Assembly: GCF_009914755.1 (NCBI RefSeq)
Contig: NC_060934.1
Source: the human T2T-CHM13v2.0 reference genome, Homo sapiens
Reading direction: 5' to 3' (one strand)
DNA: 64,000 nucleotides
Under the pieces are notes generated by a model. It had not been told where the DNA came from, ran no database searches, and saw only the letters and a program-made list of their open reading frames with translations. How positions within the stretch are numbered: position 1 is the first letter of the stretch; every line of letters begins with the position of its first letter. The position numbers and the translations under genes were made by a program. Below are positions 43,660-57,837 of this stretch, piece after piece.

Positions 43660-45310
43660 ACACCAACAACATCAACAGCTCCAGATAGGTTTATAAGACA
43701 GTTTTCCCAAACTGTCAAGTATCACAAAAGTCATATCTTACACAAACTGTTTTTGAGACAGTTTAGAAAGGTAGCTAGATATGACATAAATATACAAAAT
43801 TAGTGGTACTCTCTTATACCAGCTGACAGCCAATAAGAAATGAAAAGAAATCCCATTCACCACAGCAAGCAGAAGGATAAGGTACCTAGGAAATATTCCA
43901 AGAAAAGATTGCAAGCTATAAAAAGATAATATAAGAAAATATCAATTTTTCTAAGTCTATAAATTCAACACAATGCCGAAATCCAATGGGACTCTTTATA
44001 GAACCTTACAAACCAATGCTAAAATTAATGTACAAGAATGGCCTGCCAAAAATAACCAAAAATTTTGAACAAAAATAAAGAAAAAGTGACTCAACAATAG
44101 ATATCAAGACTATATTATTATAAAGTAATAACAATTTGTTCAGGGCTATACAAACAGACTGAAGAGGCAGAATAAAAAAGAACAGGGTTAAGAGTCACAC
44201 CCACAAAGGGATGGATCCATGACAGTGGTGGCATTATAAATCAAAGAGGAAACAGCAGACCATTCAACAAACGATGCAGAGACAAGTGGGGAAATGAAAA
44301 ACTTCAATTCAATTCAAGCAAGAAAAATAAGATAGTTTTCCTTCCTCATGCCAATACAAAAATCAATGTCAAGTAGGTTACAGAGCTAAACATGGAAAAG
44401 TAAAACTGCAAGAGTTTTAAAGAAAACACATCAGTAGGAAGGAATTCTAAAGGTATATAAACAATGCATACAGGGAAAGATGGCTGTTTGACTACATTAC
44501 AATTTACTACTTCAATATGCCATTAAAAAAAACCATTAAAAAGCAAAGAAACAAGCCAGACTAGGTTATCATATGTGTGAAGCACATTGCTGAGAAAGAA
44601 TTCATGTTAGAATATATAAACTACTTCTACGATCAAAAGAAAATGGGCCGAAGAAGAAAACCACAGATGGCCAGTAAGGGTAGGATGCAGTGCTCAACCA
44701 TCCTAGTGATCAGGACCACCTCACTGAAACGAGGAGATCCACTTCACTCCCCTCAGAGGGGCCATGCTTAATCCTGGGAATACCGCAAAACAGGGAGGGT
44801 GACACAAAATGGGAATGCTCAAACACCATGTTAGAAATGTAAACTGACACAACGTGGAGAGTATTTGGTACTATCTACAGAATTCCAGCAATTCCACATT
44901 TAGGAATATCCCCTGAAAGCACCTCTTACACTTGGGGACATTGGATGTACATTTGGGGATCACTTGCAATAGGGAAACCTGGAAATCCCTTCAATGTTCA
45001 CCAATAGAAAATGGAATTTTCAAATATTACAGTATATTCGTAAAGCAAGCAAAATGAATAAACAATCTACATGCCCCAACATGGAAAAAAATCTGAAAAA
45101 TGTTAATAAATAAAAAGTTACATAAAGATATGCATAGCGCATTATATATGTATATAGTCAAATAAGGTCTATTTTAATTTGACGGTAATAAAAACAATGA
45201 TACTGGTAAGGCATAAACAAAGAAGCCTATGCAGTCATGTCATAAAAGCATGTAATCTTTAGGAGGGTGCTCACCTTGCGGAGGATGAGGGGTGAAGGGC
45301 TAGGGGTGGG
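43660..45310 (+). mobile_element. Highly degraded L1ME-type ORF2/3' remnant
   Basis: Motifs such as aatcccattcac, tataaattcaacacaat, gatatcaagactatattattataaag, ccagcaattccac. Confidence 0.6.
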
Positions 45311-48300
45311 AGAGAATGGGGACAGAGCTTCAATTCATTCAACCTCAACAAATACCTACCAAGTGCCACCCACTATTCCAGCTACTGAGGATGACTAGTG
45401 GGTGATTGACAAACACCCCTGCTGCTGTGGATCTTTCATTTTAGTGGGGGAGATGAATGAAAAACAAGACAAACAAGGGACGTATATATGACTTATTTGT
45501 GTATTATATGATAAGGTCTGTGATATACTGCAGGGAAGGAGATGCAAATGTTGGGAGTGGTGGTTTGCTACTGAGATTGAACAGGGAAGCCCAGAAAGAC
45601 GACTTCAAGCAGTTAGCACTTGAGTCAAGACTGAGTCAGGTGACAGGTGTCTGCACAGAGGGAACAGCAGGTGCCACGTCAGGGAGATGAGAGTGACTGG
45701 GACAGACTGAGTGGGGAGTCGGGAGATGACGCTGGACAGGGCAGTGGAAGTCAGCACGGCTGGGTGCTGTAGGCTGTTGCCACAGTCTTGACTTGGACAC
45801 AGGGTGGGGTGGAAGGCACTGGACAGTCTGAGCAGAGAGACCCATGGTTTATGTTCTAACACGATCGATCTGACTGCAGTGTTGAGAGACCCCTGAGTTA
45901 AACAAGGGGCTGCTGCAGGAACCAGGTGAGACTCACTAGCGGCCTGAAACAGGTGGCTGTGAGGAGAAGTGGTGAGACTCTGAAAATGTGGACAGGACTC
46001 CCTGATGGATGAGGTATGGGGCATGAGAAACAGAGGACTTAAGGATGACTTGGTCTTCATTATATCTATAATGCTTTCGTGTTTCATATTTCATTGTTGA
46101 AAAACACGAATCAAACAAGGCAGAATGTTAGCATCTGTTGAAGTAAGGTGGTAGGGCCATGAGCGTCTATGTTATTTTCTGCCCCCTTTGGTATGTCTGA
46201 AACGTGAGTGACAAAATGGATTAAGCTCATCAGTCAGTGTCTGAGGTTTTTCTTTAGGAAAAGAGAATACGACTTACGGTTCCCTGCTTTGTGTCTCAAT
46301 AATAACTAAAATACACCTTTACTTCCTAAATTGTGTTAACAGTTTATGTGTCTATTAAATGGTCAGCCAAACAGAGACAAATCAAAGTGCTAACGTAAGC
46401 CAATTACTTCAGCCTTTGCTCACACCTTTTACAGCAGAAATTTAAAGGCTGAACATTTTCTACAAAAGTTCCTGGGTGGAACTTTTCCTCCACTAATTAT
46501 ACAACTAATCTTTGATGTGACACAAGAAAGGTTAATGAAATAATTTTAAAATAGAAAGTCATGGTTGATAACCTATACACATTTTTGCTTAGGTGATCTA
46601 CTTATTTGTTGATCACTTTTCATAGTGCCTGTGAAACTGACTTGCTGTTTATTGGGTTTAAACTAATTGAGTAAAATCTCCAACATTCTAACTTTTGCTT
46701 ACCAGGAAAATCCTTACTACACAGAAAGCCACACTGAAAAACTCGTATCCACTCTAGCTCACTTGTCTCTAAGGTGTGAGGACAAATTTTTTTTTTAAGT
46801 AGGAACAGAGTCAAAACAACGCAATAAAATATCTGTGTTATTTGCATATATTTCTCCTACACCACCGGAAGTCTTTCATTTCAACAGCTGCTTCCCAACC
46901 TCTTTTTGAAGTCAAGCAACACATTGTAATTGTAGGCAGCATCCATGTTCTTAACAGAAATTTAGACAACCCAATACATTCATGGGAAACATACACATGT
47001 GGAAACATCTGAAATCACTTGGCAATATGTACAATAAATCCCACATATTCTACGTGTCAACCTAAGAATTTAATTTAGACACAATAACCTTTTACTTTTA
47101 AAAAAGCTTCTACTTGCATACCTTCATAAAGTGAAGAATGGTCTTTGAAACATCTCTACAATATGACTCTTAATCCTGGTGTTGAGATGCAAGATGTGAA
47201 ACCAACCACCTCAAAAGGAAACTGTAAAACACCACTACCACAATCACCACCACCACCTCCTCCTCTAAATGCTCATTCAGTTTAATTACAAAAATAAATA
47301 TACTGCACTCTCACAAGAGAGTAAGGGAGTCAATGAATGAAGCCATGACTGTCTTTTAACCACAGACCCTTGTAAAATTATTCCCTAAAATTGTAATTCT
47401 CTGACTGCTTTGATATATTGACCATCTGAATTGTGTAAAGCCATGGTCCACTGACATGAATTAGGTTGCTTTAGGCCCCCCAAACTCTCTAGAATTACTA
47501 AGAAGGAGGAACATTACAAAACATCAGCAAGACAGAACAGCAGTGAAGTGTGGATACGGTTGTGTAGAAAAAGCGTTAGATTTGGTATCTTAAGTCTGGG
47601 GTTTTTAACCCGACACCCCTGCACCCCTGCACCCCTGCACCAGGATTTGCAAAGTCATTTAACACAACTGAGCCTCAATTTCTCTAGATATAAAATAAGT
47701 AAGGTTGATGAAATCATCTTTAGGATCCCTTTCAGTTATAAAAACCCTCCATTTTTAATAATATGTGTTACCTTTTAATAGGTAACACATTTATTTAGAC
47801 AGAAAAGAAAAAAAGATAAAAATGGTATTGTTACACGTCATGTCTACCTTCATCCCTTATGCCACATTCCCCACCTCTGTCCCTCATACCCCAAAAACAC
47901 TAATAATTATTCTCATTATTTTCTTATGTAACTACAAAAATATAAGCAAACACTCATAGGTACTGTTTTGCCTCTTCTCTAACATAGGAAGTGTCATACG
48001 ATACCTACTGTACCACTCACAGTGTATCTTGGACAGCCTTCCACATCAGTTCATAGAGACGTCCCTCATTCTTTTCAACAATGGCACAGATCTCATTAGA
48101 AGGATCTCCAAAGTCTATTTAACCAATATCCTACTGATAAGTACTTGAATTTTTCCACTCTTTTGCTATTGTAAATAATGCTGCAAAAAAAACAAACTTT
48201 TATGCAGATGATCTCTACATTATAACTTAAGGGGAAATTTCCAGAAGTGGAATTACTGAGTCAGTGGGAAAATAAAAGTTTAGCAAAATCCACCAAACTG

Positions 48301-48647
48301 CCTTCCACACAGCTTGCACCTTCCTGCACTCTCAACGGCAATGTCTAAGAATCTTTATTCCTCCACCGTCTCACCAAGCTGAGGTTCTCCTGTTCCTTCT
48401 CCTTGGGATTTCTGTCTCATCTGATAAGCAGACACCACTTCAATAGGATTTCTCTTCATCTGTGTTTCTCTTATTATGATAAGTTTGCCCAAGAGTCACT
48501 GAGCTTCTTGTATTGTGTGCTCTTCTGAGGTTATTCTTTGTCCACACTCCTGTAAGTTGCTGGTCTTTTTCTTACTGGTTTACGAGTAAAAATTCTACTA
48601 TTTCAAGAAAACATTCCTGAACTAATGATATTTACCACATTCTTGAA

Positions 48648-49016
48648 TGATATGGTTTGGCTGTGTCCTCACCCAAATCTCATCTTGAATTGTAACTCCC
48701 ACAATTCCCACATGTCACGGGAGGAACCTGGTGGGAGGTGATTGAATCACGGGGGCAGGTCTTTCCTGGCTGTTCTCCTAACAGTGAATAAGTCTCACGA
48801 GATCTGATGGTTTTAAAAACAGGAGTTTCCCTGCACAAGCCCTCTCTTTGCATGCTGCCATCCATGTAAGACGTGACCTGCTCCTCATTGCCTTCCACCA
48901 TGATTAGGAGGTTAACCCAGCCGTGTGGAACTGTAAGTCCATTAAACCCCTTCTCCTATATAAATTACCCAGTCTCAGGTATGTCTTTATGAGCAGCATG
49001 AGAACAGACTAGTACA
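48648..49016. mobile_element. THE1 (MaLR) solo LTR flanked by an abnormally long 30-31-bp direct repeat
   Basis: tgatatggtttggctgtgtcc...cagactagtaca; flanks ctgaactaatgatatttaccac(a)ttcttgaa. Confidence 0.93.
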
Positions 49017-49904
49017 CTGAACTAATGATATTTACCACTTCTTGAATGCTTTAATGGTTTAAAAAGAGTTATAGTTTCTTATTGGAAGGTACTAGCCACC
49101 ATTACTCAATATTCTACTTGATGTGTAGTATGTATTTGCATATAATATCCATGAAGAAATATTCTTTTGAGTTTCTGAAAAAGAAAATTTCACTTTCAAC
49201 AAGAGAAAGGAATGGTTTGGAAGAATGCATGAAGAGAATTTTACCTTACCAAATATCACAAATATTTGGATAAAAGAGAAGAAATGATCATAACTAAATA
49301 TTATGTATAAAAAGCTTAAAATATAAAAATATTTAATTTTATATCTTTGTACAGTCCTTTCATTGAATGTTTAACAGTTCAGTTGCATTAATGTAAAACA
49401 ATTTTCTTAATATCATAAAACTCAAGTATCCAAATAGGCACATCCATTTTCCTGGTGAACTTCTAAGCTATGTCAATGATCTTTTTATGTAATTCATAGA
49501 AAATGTATCTTAAAATTCTGACAACATTGACAACTATGAAACCTCTGCCATAATGGAGTGATCAAGCAGCCAAAATGCTGATATAAATACTTTTCCTTTT
49601 TTTCACTCAATGAGGAAACAGCCAACCATTTTTTCAAAATTCTTAAATATAATAGATTCTAATACTATTGAGGAATAAGCAAAGTCTAACCAAGTAGCAT
49701 TTACATATCTAGAAAAAGTTTTCCTTCAATGACACAGGACCCATTCCCCACACATACTTCCATGAGAAAAGTCCAAAGGAAGCAAAGGAAGATGGCCCAC
49801 AGGGTGTTCAAACTCTACAGGACCTATGGCTAATTCCACAGCAGCGAAGGACTTCCCACCTACTACCAATAGGTCGTTGATAATATGACTCCCCCAAGGC
49901 CATA

Positions 49905-50115
49905 TTAAAGGGATGAGAATCCTTCGACTCATTTTAACTCTGCTGGCACCTGGGGACTCCCACAGGTGTCTCCACTGGACAGTCTTGAAAACTGAAGCAG
50001 TGATGTGGCTCAGGGTGCAAAGCCAGTGTGTACCAACAGAGAAACAAACACCAAGGCCTCCTGGAGTCCTCACCGCTACCAGGGGACACAGTCCCAGGAC
50101 CCAAGCTCTGCCTGG
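49905..50115. repeat. Copy 1 of a ~210-bp interspersed direct repeat (partner 52674-52884)
   Basis: Shared blocks ctccactggacagtc.tgaaaactga, ggctcagggtgcaaagcca, aacaccaaggcctcctgg.gtcctcac, cacagtcccaggaccc. Confidence 0.9.
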
Positions 50116-51275
50116 AGACCTACGATCCAAATGACCCTGCGCAAGTTATATAAACTCTCTGTGACTTAGATTCTTCATAGTTCACTTTGAGGAGTGAATG
50201 AATTAGGCATTAAAAACAGTGACTGGTAAACTGTGTTCTGTGTAAGTTTACCATATACCATTAGGCGGAACTCCATGACTGCACAACTTTAACCCAAAGA
50301 GTTGAAAGCTGAAATGGAAATATTCAAAAGCATCTCCTCCGTAAGGACAAATATGGGGAAAAATGAAGATAAAAGCCCAGCAGAGTACAGTCATAGTAAA
50401 GGTAAGCAGGCAGGCACCATTAAATGATGTAAACAGACTGGCGAGGCCACCAGGCAAGATGGGACTCAACCTGTGGGAACTGCATGATTCTCCCAATAGG
50501 GTTAATGTCCCAAGCAATCCAATCCCTAGAGATCTGGAAAGGTTAGTACAAAACCCCTTATTATTTAAGTTTGTCTGTTAAAATCCTCCCCAATAAGTTT
50601 ACTTTTCTCATCTTTTTCCAATTTTCTTCTTCTTACTATACCTTTATTATTCTTCTCTTAGTCTCACCTCTCATCTTACTGCTTTCTTCCTGAATAAACC
50701 CGACCTATAGAGGACAACAAACCACACTGGTAAACTCTAAGACTGGCACTCACTAACAATGTGGTTCTTGAATCCCAATTTAAAATTATTTTAATGCATC
50801 CTGGCTCCCAGTGTAATTATTTTAAAGTATTATAGCATCTAATTGTCGGATATCTGAAAGCAAATTGACTCTGGAGAAAGCTTAGCTCGCTGGAAATAAA
50901 CACTCTAAAGAAATGCTTCACCAACATTGTGTTACATTTGTAAAGCCACTTCTCAGACACTTTCAAGTCTTTGAGCTCAATCACTTAGCAATGCTGCACC
51001 CTCTAAGTCTACACAATAGCAGCACATCTGCCAATAATGCGGTAACGGATGGGGAAACTCCTGTGGACAGAAGTGAGAAGCCCAAGGCCACTCGCCTCGC
51101 CAGGGGATGGAGCTGTAACTGACACCTATGTCAAGCTGATGAAGAACGCCCTATTTCTACTACATCTAAACCCTTTACACAACCAGCCTCCCCAGATTAA
51201 TGCAGGTGTTACTTCAATGACAGTAAGACACCCTCCTGAATCTCCAGACCCTGCATACCTTCACAGAATACAAAC

Positions 51276-51423
51276 CTTTGGGAGGAGTGAGGCTGACTCC
51301 ATTTTTAAGGCACCACTGTACTGGCAAAATCCCCAAAGAATCTGCATGGCACAGCATTGACAGTTTACTTGGTTCAGGTCTTAGGTCGTCAATAGTCACT
51401 TGAAAAAAGTGATTGTTAAAAAC
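51276..51423 (-). CDS. SFMBT2: SFMBT2 coding exon (approx. exon 9), 148 nt, phase 0-1: [49 protein letters not shown](G)
   Basis: Acceptor ttttcttttag|GTT, donor AAAG|gtttgt; phase fits next exon; overlaps ORF 51214..51399. Confidence 0.94.
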
Positions 51424-52673
51424 CTAAAAGAAAAAAAATGGGGGAGCCAAAGGTTAATTCTTTAGAGTTACATATAATGCTAGTATAAAATAGTGGCAGA
51501 GCTTCCAAAGGCAATTAATATAGTTCATCAAAATGATTTGAATACAAACTGGCATTTTCAATGTCCATTACTAAATTAATTCAGCTGATAAAAAGTTAGA
51601 ATTGACTGCTGTGGTCCTATTAATGAAAAGATAAATAACTAGGTTATCTGGAAGAGTGAGAATGAACAAAATCAAAGACTTAGAGAAGTCAACCAATGGC
51701 TATAGCTTGAAGAAAAATGAATGGAGGAAGTCAGACAGACAAACCCCAGCTTAGATGACAGCCAAGACAGGAACTGAAAAGTGAAACCGTTTCTCAGTGT
51801 CCACAGCCAGCACCAAACTCTTTACACCAGATCACTCAAGAATCTCCAAGATCTGGCTTGGAGCTTTCTAGCCTCCTCCTGCACCTTTTCCCTCAGAACA
51901 CCCCACCCTCCAGCCCGAGAGGAAATCGTTCACACTAAGCCTCATGGACTACAACAACCCCCAATGCCATGTTTAAGCTATCAAAACACAGTGCGTTTTC
52001 AAGGTACATCTCATATTTCAATGCTTCTGATCTGGCTGGAATAAACCGCCCTCACTCTGCGCTCCTAAAATTTCAGACTTCAACTTCTGTATTGAAAACT
52101 CTCATTCCTTCCTAGACCGATTACACATCAGTCTTCCAATGCCATAGAGCATAAGTTATTAGAGGAGAGTGATGTCTTTTTGTTAACACAAGTATTTCCA
52201 AATGCATAGAAAGTGCTTTGTACATAGGAACGGGATAAATGTCCACTGAATATAAGAAGAAACATCAATGAAGAAATAAGAACAAGACATGCCGATAAAC
52301 AAAGCAGAGGGTAAAAATCAGATGGACCATCACTGAAAAGCAAGATGGATTTAAGTAACTTAGTATCTACAACAGGCCAGAAAAAAAGATCCCTTTCCCA
52401 ATTCAACAGACATAACCCAGTCTTTCTTAGGAAACCTTGAGAGTTTTACAAAGCTATGATTCCTGGCCCCTTCATTTTTTTTCTGGAAGCAATTTAGTTC
52501 AAAGTGAAGCAGGAAAGGAAATTCACTTCTGTTCTTGCCTGTGCTAATTTTGGTAAATAGTTTACTGAAGGTTTGCCTGTGAAAGTCAACTTCAAGCAAC
52601 AAAGGATCAGATGGGGCCTTCCCAGTGAGGTCATGTCCGAGAGCCCTGTTGAGAATCTCATCCTCCCACCACC

Positions 52674-52884
52674 TGAAAGGATTATGAAAATCCTTTGACT
52701 TCTATCATTTTCACTCTGCTGGGCACCTGGACTCCACTGGACAGTCCTGAAAACTGATGCACGGCGATCTGGCTCAGGGTGCAAAGCCAAGTGCCTACCA
52801 ACAGGGAAACTAACACCAAGGCCTCCTGGGGTCCTCACTGCTACCGGGGGGCACAGTCCCAGGACCCCAACATCCCTGCCTTGG
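52674..52884. repeat. Copy 2 of the ~210-bp direct repeat, apparently interrupting an L2 3'-end remnant
   Basis: See copy 1; L2-like sequence resumes at tatttttctccttagca...tgctcaataaata. Confidence 0.9.
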
Positions 52885-54110
52885 TGTATTTTTCTCCTTA
52901 GCATTTAATATGTAACATACTAGATTTATTTACTTATTGATTCTGTTTATAGTCTGTCTCCCTCCATTAAAATAAAAGCTCCACAATGGGAACATTGTCC
53001 AGAATTGAGCCTATGAATGCTCAATAAATATCTGTTAAATTACTGTTATTTAGTCTATCTTGCATATATACACATACACACACATACGTATATAAAGAGC
53101 ATGTGATTTTGGTGGAGCTGCGGTACCCTGTAAAGAAGGAATTTCCACAACCGTTAAAATGCATGTTCACGTGGGAACACTCCAAAGGAAAAGCTTAGTA
53201 AGTTTCATCAAATCCATCAGGGCTCATGTTCCTAAATGGTCTGAAGCACTGTTTTGTGCTCTATCCAGTCCATAACCCACAGGACTCAGAACTAACGCCC
53301 AGAGCAGTTAACTGACTTGCCCAAGACTGCACAGCTAAGAGATGGCAGAAACAGAAACAGAACCCAAGGCTTCTAATGCCAGTATCCTTTCCTCTAATCA
53401 ATACAACACACTTCGCTTACAAAGATGACATCATCACCATCTGCCAGTATCTCAACACCAAAAACACACCCTGGCTGGACTGCTGGAGGTTCATCATTTA
53501 ATACTGGATCCACTACACGTCTGTCTGCATCCTTGTCTGTTTGTTGTAACATCGTTTACATATTTCTTCAACAGTTATGCCACGAAGAAAAGGCCCAAGG
53601 TGGAAAAAAAATGAAATTTTCATTGTGATGAGTAATGACAGCACAGTGTGTTATATTTTCAAACATAATATTCCAAAGTACTTTCCTCATATTTAAAGAA
53701 ATACATTTAATTATTATAAATATCTTCTACGCTAAGAGTATTCTGATACCTCATTACATGAAGATGAGTCTTGAACCTGGAGAGGTGCCTACCTAGGTTC
53801 TAAAAGACAGATGCACATACCCCAATCCATGTGTTATACAAAACATGGTCAATAAGAGGAGGGGTGTATACGAAACGGCATGACTTATTTTATCTTTGCT
53901 ACAAAGGGTAAGAAAAAGCAAAATAAAAAGGAAAACACAGTTTAGAAATCAGTAAAAATACTTTCTCCCTCCCCTCAATAAGATCTATTTAGAGAAAATT
54001 ATTTACTGTGAAAAACCAACTATCACTGGAAGTCTATTCAGCTAGAAAAAGAGATTTGGGCTGAAATTAATTTTGATTAGTAGACACATTCTAACATGAC
54101 ATATTACAAC

Positions 54111-54148
54111 TATTTAAAGGCATAAGAATTATTTAAAGGCATAAGAAT
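54111..54148. repeat. Perfect 19-bp tandem duplication
   Basis: tatttaaaggcataagaat x2. Confidence 0.9.
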
Positions 54149-54156
54149 GTGAGAGA

Positions 54157-54474
<318 letters not shown>

Positions 54475-54816
54475 CTACCGCTGACAGGCTATGCACATCA
54501 AGTCTGTTGAGTTTAATTTTTAATTGATAAATACCAGGTGAAGCGACTCTGTAGCGTGATACATCTGCAGACAGATGGGCAGCCGGCATGACTGCAGCAC
54601 CCACTAACAGAACAAAGGGGAATTCTGGCTGGGATTCAACAGGGCACCACTGGTCCATTTTGGAAAAATATCCGACAACTGACAGGATACACAGTAAAGA
54701 ACCCCAAAGGCCATTTCAAATAAAAGGTTTTTAACGGATGCTAATCAGGAATACATGACTTTCAACCTCCAGATTATAAAGCAAAAGCCAATATATTTTT
54801 CTTTAAATAACCTTAA

Positions 54817-55161
<345 letters not shown>

Positions 55162-55575
55162 TAAGCTACTTTAATGGTTATAAAAATAATTTATGTTCAC
55201 TAAAGAAAAAACATTTAGAAAGCATTTCATTTTTATAACCAATTTCCATATTCTGTAATACATTATCACACTACTAAATTCCTCAAGTGTTACCAAATCA
55301 TAAATTTTTAAAAACTCATGACTCAAGTAACAAACACTAATCACTGCATGAAAAGTGATTTTCCTTAAAGAAAATCCCGTATCTTTAAGAAAAAGAAATT
55401 AAAACAGATTTAAATCTTTAATTAAATTCTCCTAGTGAAGTACACAAAAGACCATTCACCAAAACACACATCGGCCAAGAATGTTAAGTTTCCCGCACCA
55501 TTTGTAAGAGAATACTTAAGGTAGAAACAAGCAATTTTGATTTTACCAGAGGTTATGTCATTAAAACTTCTTTAA

Positions 55576-55818
<243 letters not shown>

Positions 55819-56273
55819 TAGATCTTAGAAGCATGAGTTTTTCTTTAGTCAACAAGGGCAGATGAGAAAAAACACAGAAATGCTGAGAAAAGGGAGATGA
55901 GAATTTGCTTTGCACCATTTTCATGTATTTTCCAAGTATAAACAGATCATATTTACTACTACCCATGCAGGAAGAACAAATTACTCTTGTAATGATTACA
56001 ACCTGCAACTCGTCAGTGGACAACTATCAGAAGACAAGGAAAATTCACCCTATCCATGATAAGAGGGGGCATCTGATTAGAGTCACTCTGTGCCACCAGT
56101 AATAAAAACAGCTTAAAGCAGCGCTGGACTGGAAGGGCGGCAATCTTCCTTAGCTTCGCCTGGCATTGCTGATAGCCTTGCACGAACATATGTCATCTGG
56201 TCGTCTTTGAGTTGAAAGGCTTAATTTGATCCACTCTAGGGGCTGGGTCGAAGAGCGAGGGAGGAAAACCCAC

Positions 56274-56375
56274 CTTAGTCACCGACGCAGGAGAGATGTA
56301 AAAGGGCTCGCACATATTCACTGTCTCAAGCTTCATCCCAACTGTGAAGAAATGGCTTCGCAAATCTGCGTGATC
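56274..56375 (-). CDS. SFMBT2: SFMBT2 coding exon (approx. exon 8), 102 nt, phase 0-0: [34 protein letters not shown] (MBT repeat)
   Basis: Acceptor tctttctccctgcag|GAT, donor AAG|gtgggt; MBT GMKLE motif. Confidence 0.95.
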
Positions 56376-57837
56376 CTGCAGGGAGAAAGATGAAAATATT
56401 GAAAGCCACGGTATTGTAAATGACCTCAGCCACTGTCCGGATGCGCTCCTGGAGCATTTTATTGGGCAACCAAAATCTTATGGAGACAATTAACCTTCCC
56501 TGTTTCGAATTTCTAATTATTGCCAGATACCACGGATTTAATTATTTTCTGCAGGCTAAATTGCTTTTCCAAGGGAGAGGCAACAAGGCTTCCTGGCCAT
56601 GCTTAAATTTACACTAAGCAAAAGTTCACATGACACTGCTTTGCTCGTCCTTGGTGCTATTAACTGAAGCACAGCAGAGTAAGGGAGGCAATCTGTCATC
56701 CTAACACAGCAGGGTGTCTTCAGAAAACACCAGGTCTCTTGCTACTGGAGTCACATCTCAGGGCTTCAGTCAGCACCTTGTACCCAAGGTCTGCCACCAC
56801 CTCCCGTGTCTAAGAGCACACAGCTTACCAGTTACTAGAAGTAAGCTGGCACACAGCTCACCGGCACGAGTAAGGGTAGGGGTACTCAAGATCCCATGAT
56901 CTTAGAGATGCCTGCAGGTAAGAATCCAAACCTGCCCCACAGACGATTAGAACCTGTCTCCTACTCAATAAAGGTGAGCAACACCCCATTCCTAATAGGG
57001 GTCTGGCAGTTTTATAACCTGCTTACAGCAACCTTATGTGAGAGAGATGGGGCTTTCCCGCCTCCTAAGATAACAAATTTCAATATCCACTTCAGCTACA
57101 CAGCAATAGAGGAGGTTGGCTGGACTCTGGATACCAGAATTTATCTTGCGGAGATGGAGGTCACCTCATAACTCACAGTCTGGATAAACAGCAGTGGATA
57201 AATGAATGTATTTGCAGTCTGTCCCTGAGGAAATAATACCTGCAAATAAATCCTGCGATTTCCAAATACATCAATTGGGTGTGAAGTACAAAAATATCTG
57301 GGGACCTGTTACTTTCTTTTACCTGCAAATCTAAAGTGGGTTTTTAATTACTCCAACGACGCCACTCTATATCCAACTCTGAGGACTGCACAGAGCCCAG
57401 TCGGGCAGTGCCTGTTTCCCCAAAGCCCCCAAAAGCTGGTCAGTACCGTCAGCGTCCAAGAGGAGATCAGACTAGAAGAACTGCTTATAAAACTCTCCAC
57501 CAGTGCACCGAGTTGCCAAGGTTAACAGAATGTAAACGCCTATAGAACTGCATGGACCCTTTCATTTTTCATGTCCCCAGGGCAGTCGGCAAAGGTCTCT
57601 GTTTTGGGGGATGCATGATGAATGCTGGGGCCATGTCCAAAGAGGACATTAATCAGAACAAGACAGGATGCGGTCAAATACGACAAAACCCAATCAAAGG
57701 AACTGGCCACTCTAAATATTTACAAATTCCTTAAGAACTTACAATCCACACTTTATAAAAATTATATGCAGAAGGAAAAGTACAAGGAAATTAGGTGCAG
57801 GTGATGATGTGCATTGTTTATGTTGCAAACAAAGCCT

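Noticed and set aside
49726-52904. Two similar minus-strand ORFs (49726..50130 and 52494..52904) suggesting a paralogous gene pair
   Set aside because: The similarity comes from the 210-bp DNA duplication; indels between copies do not preserve frame and there is no gene structure.
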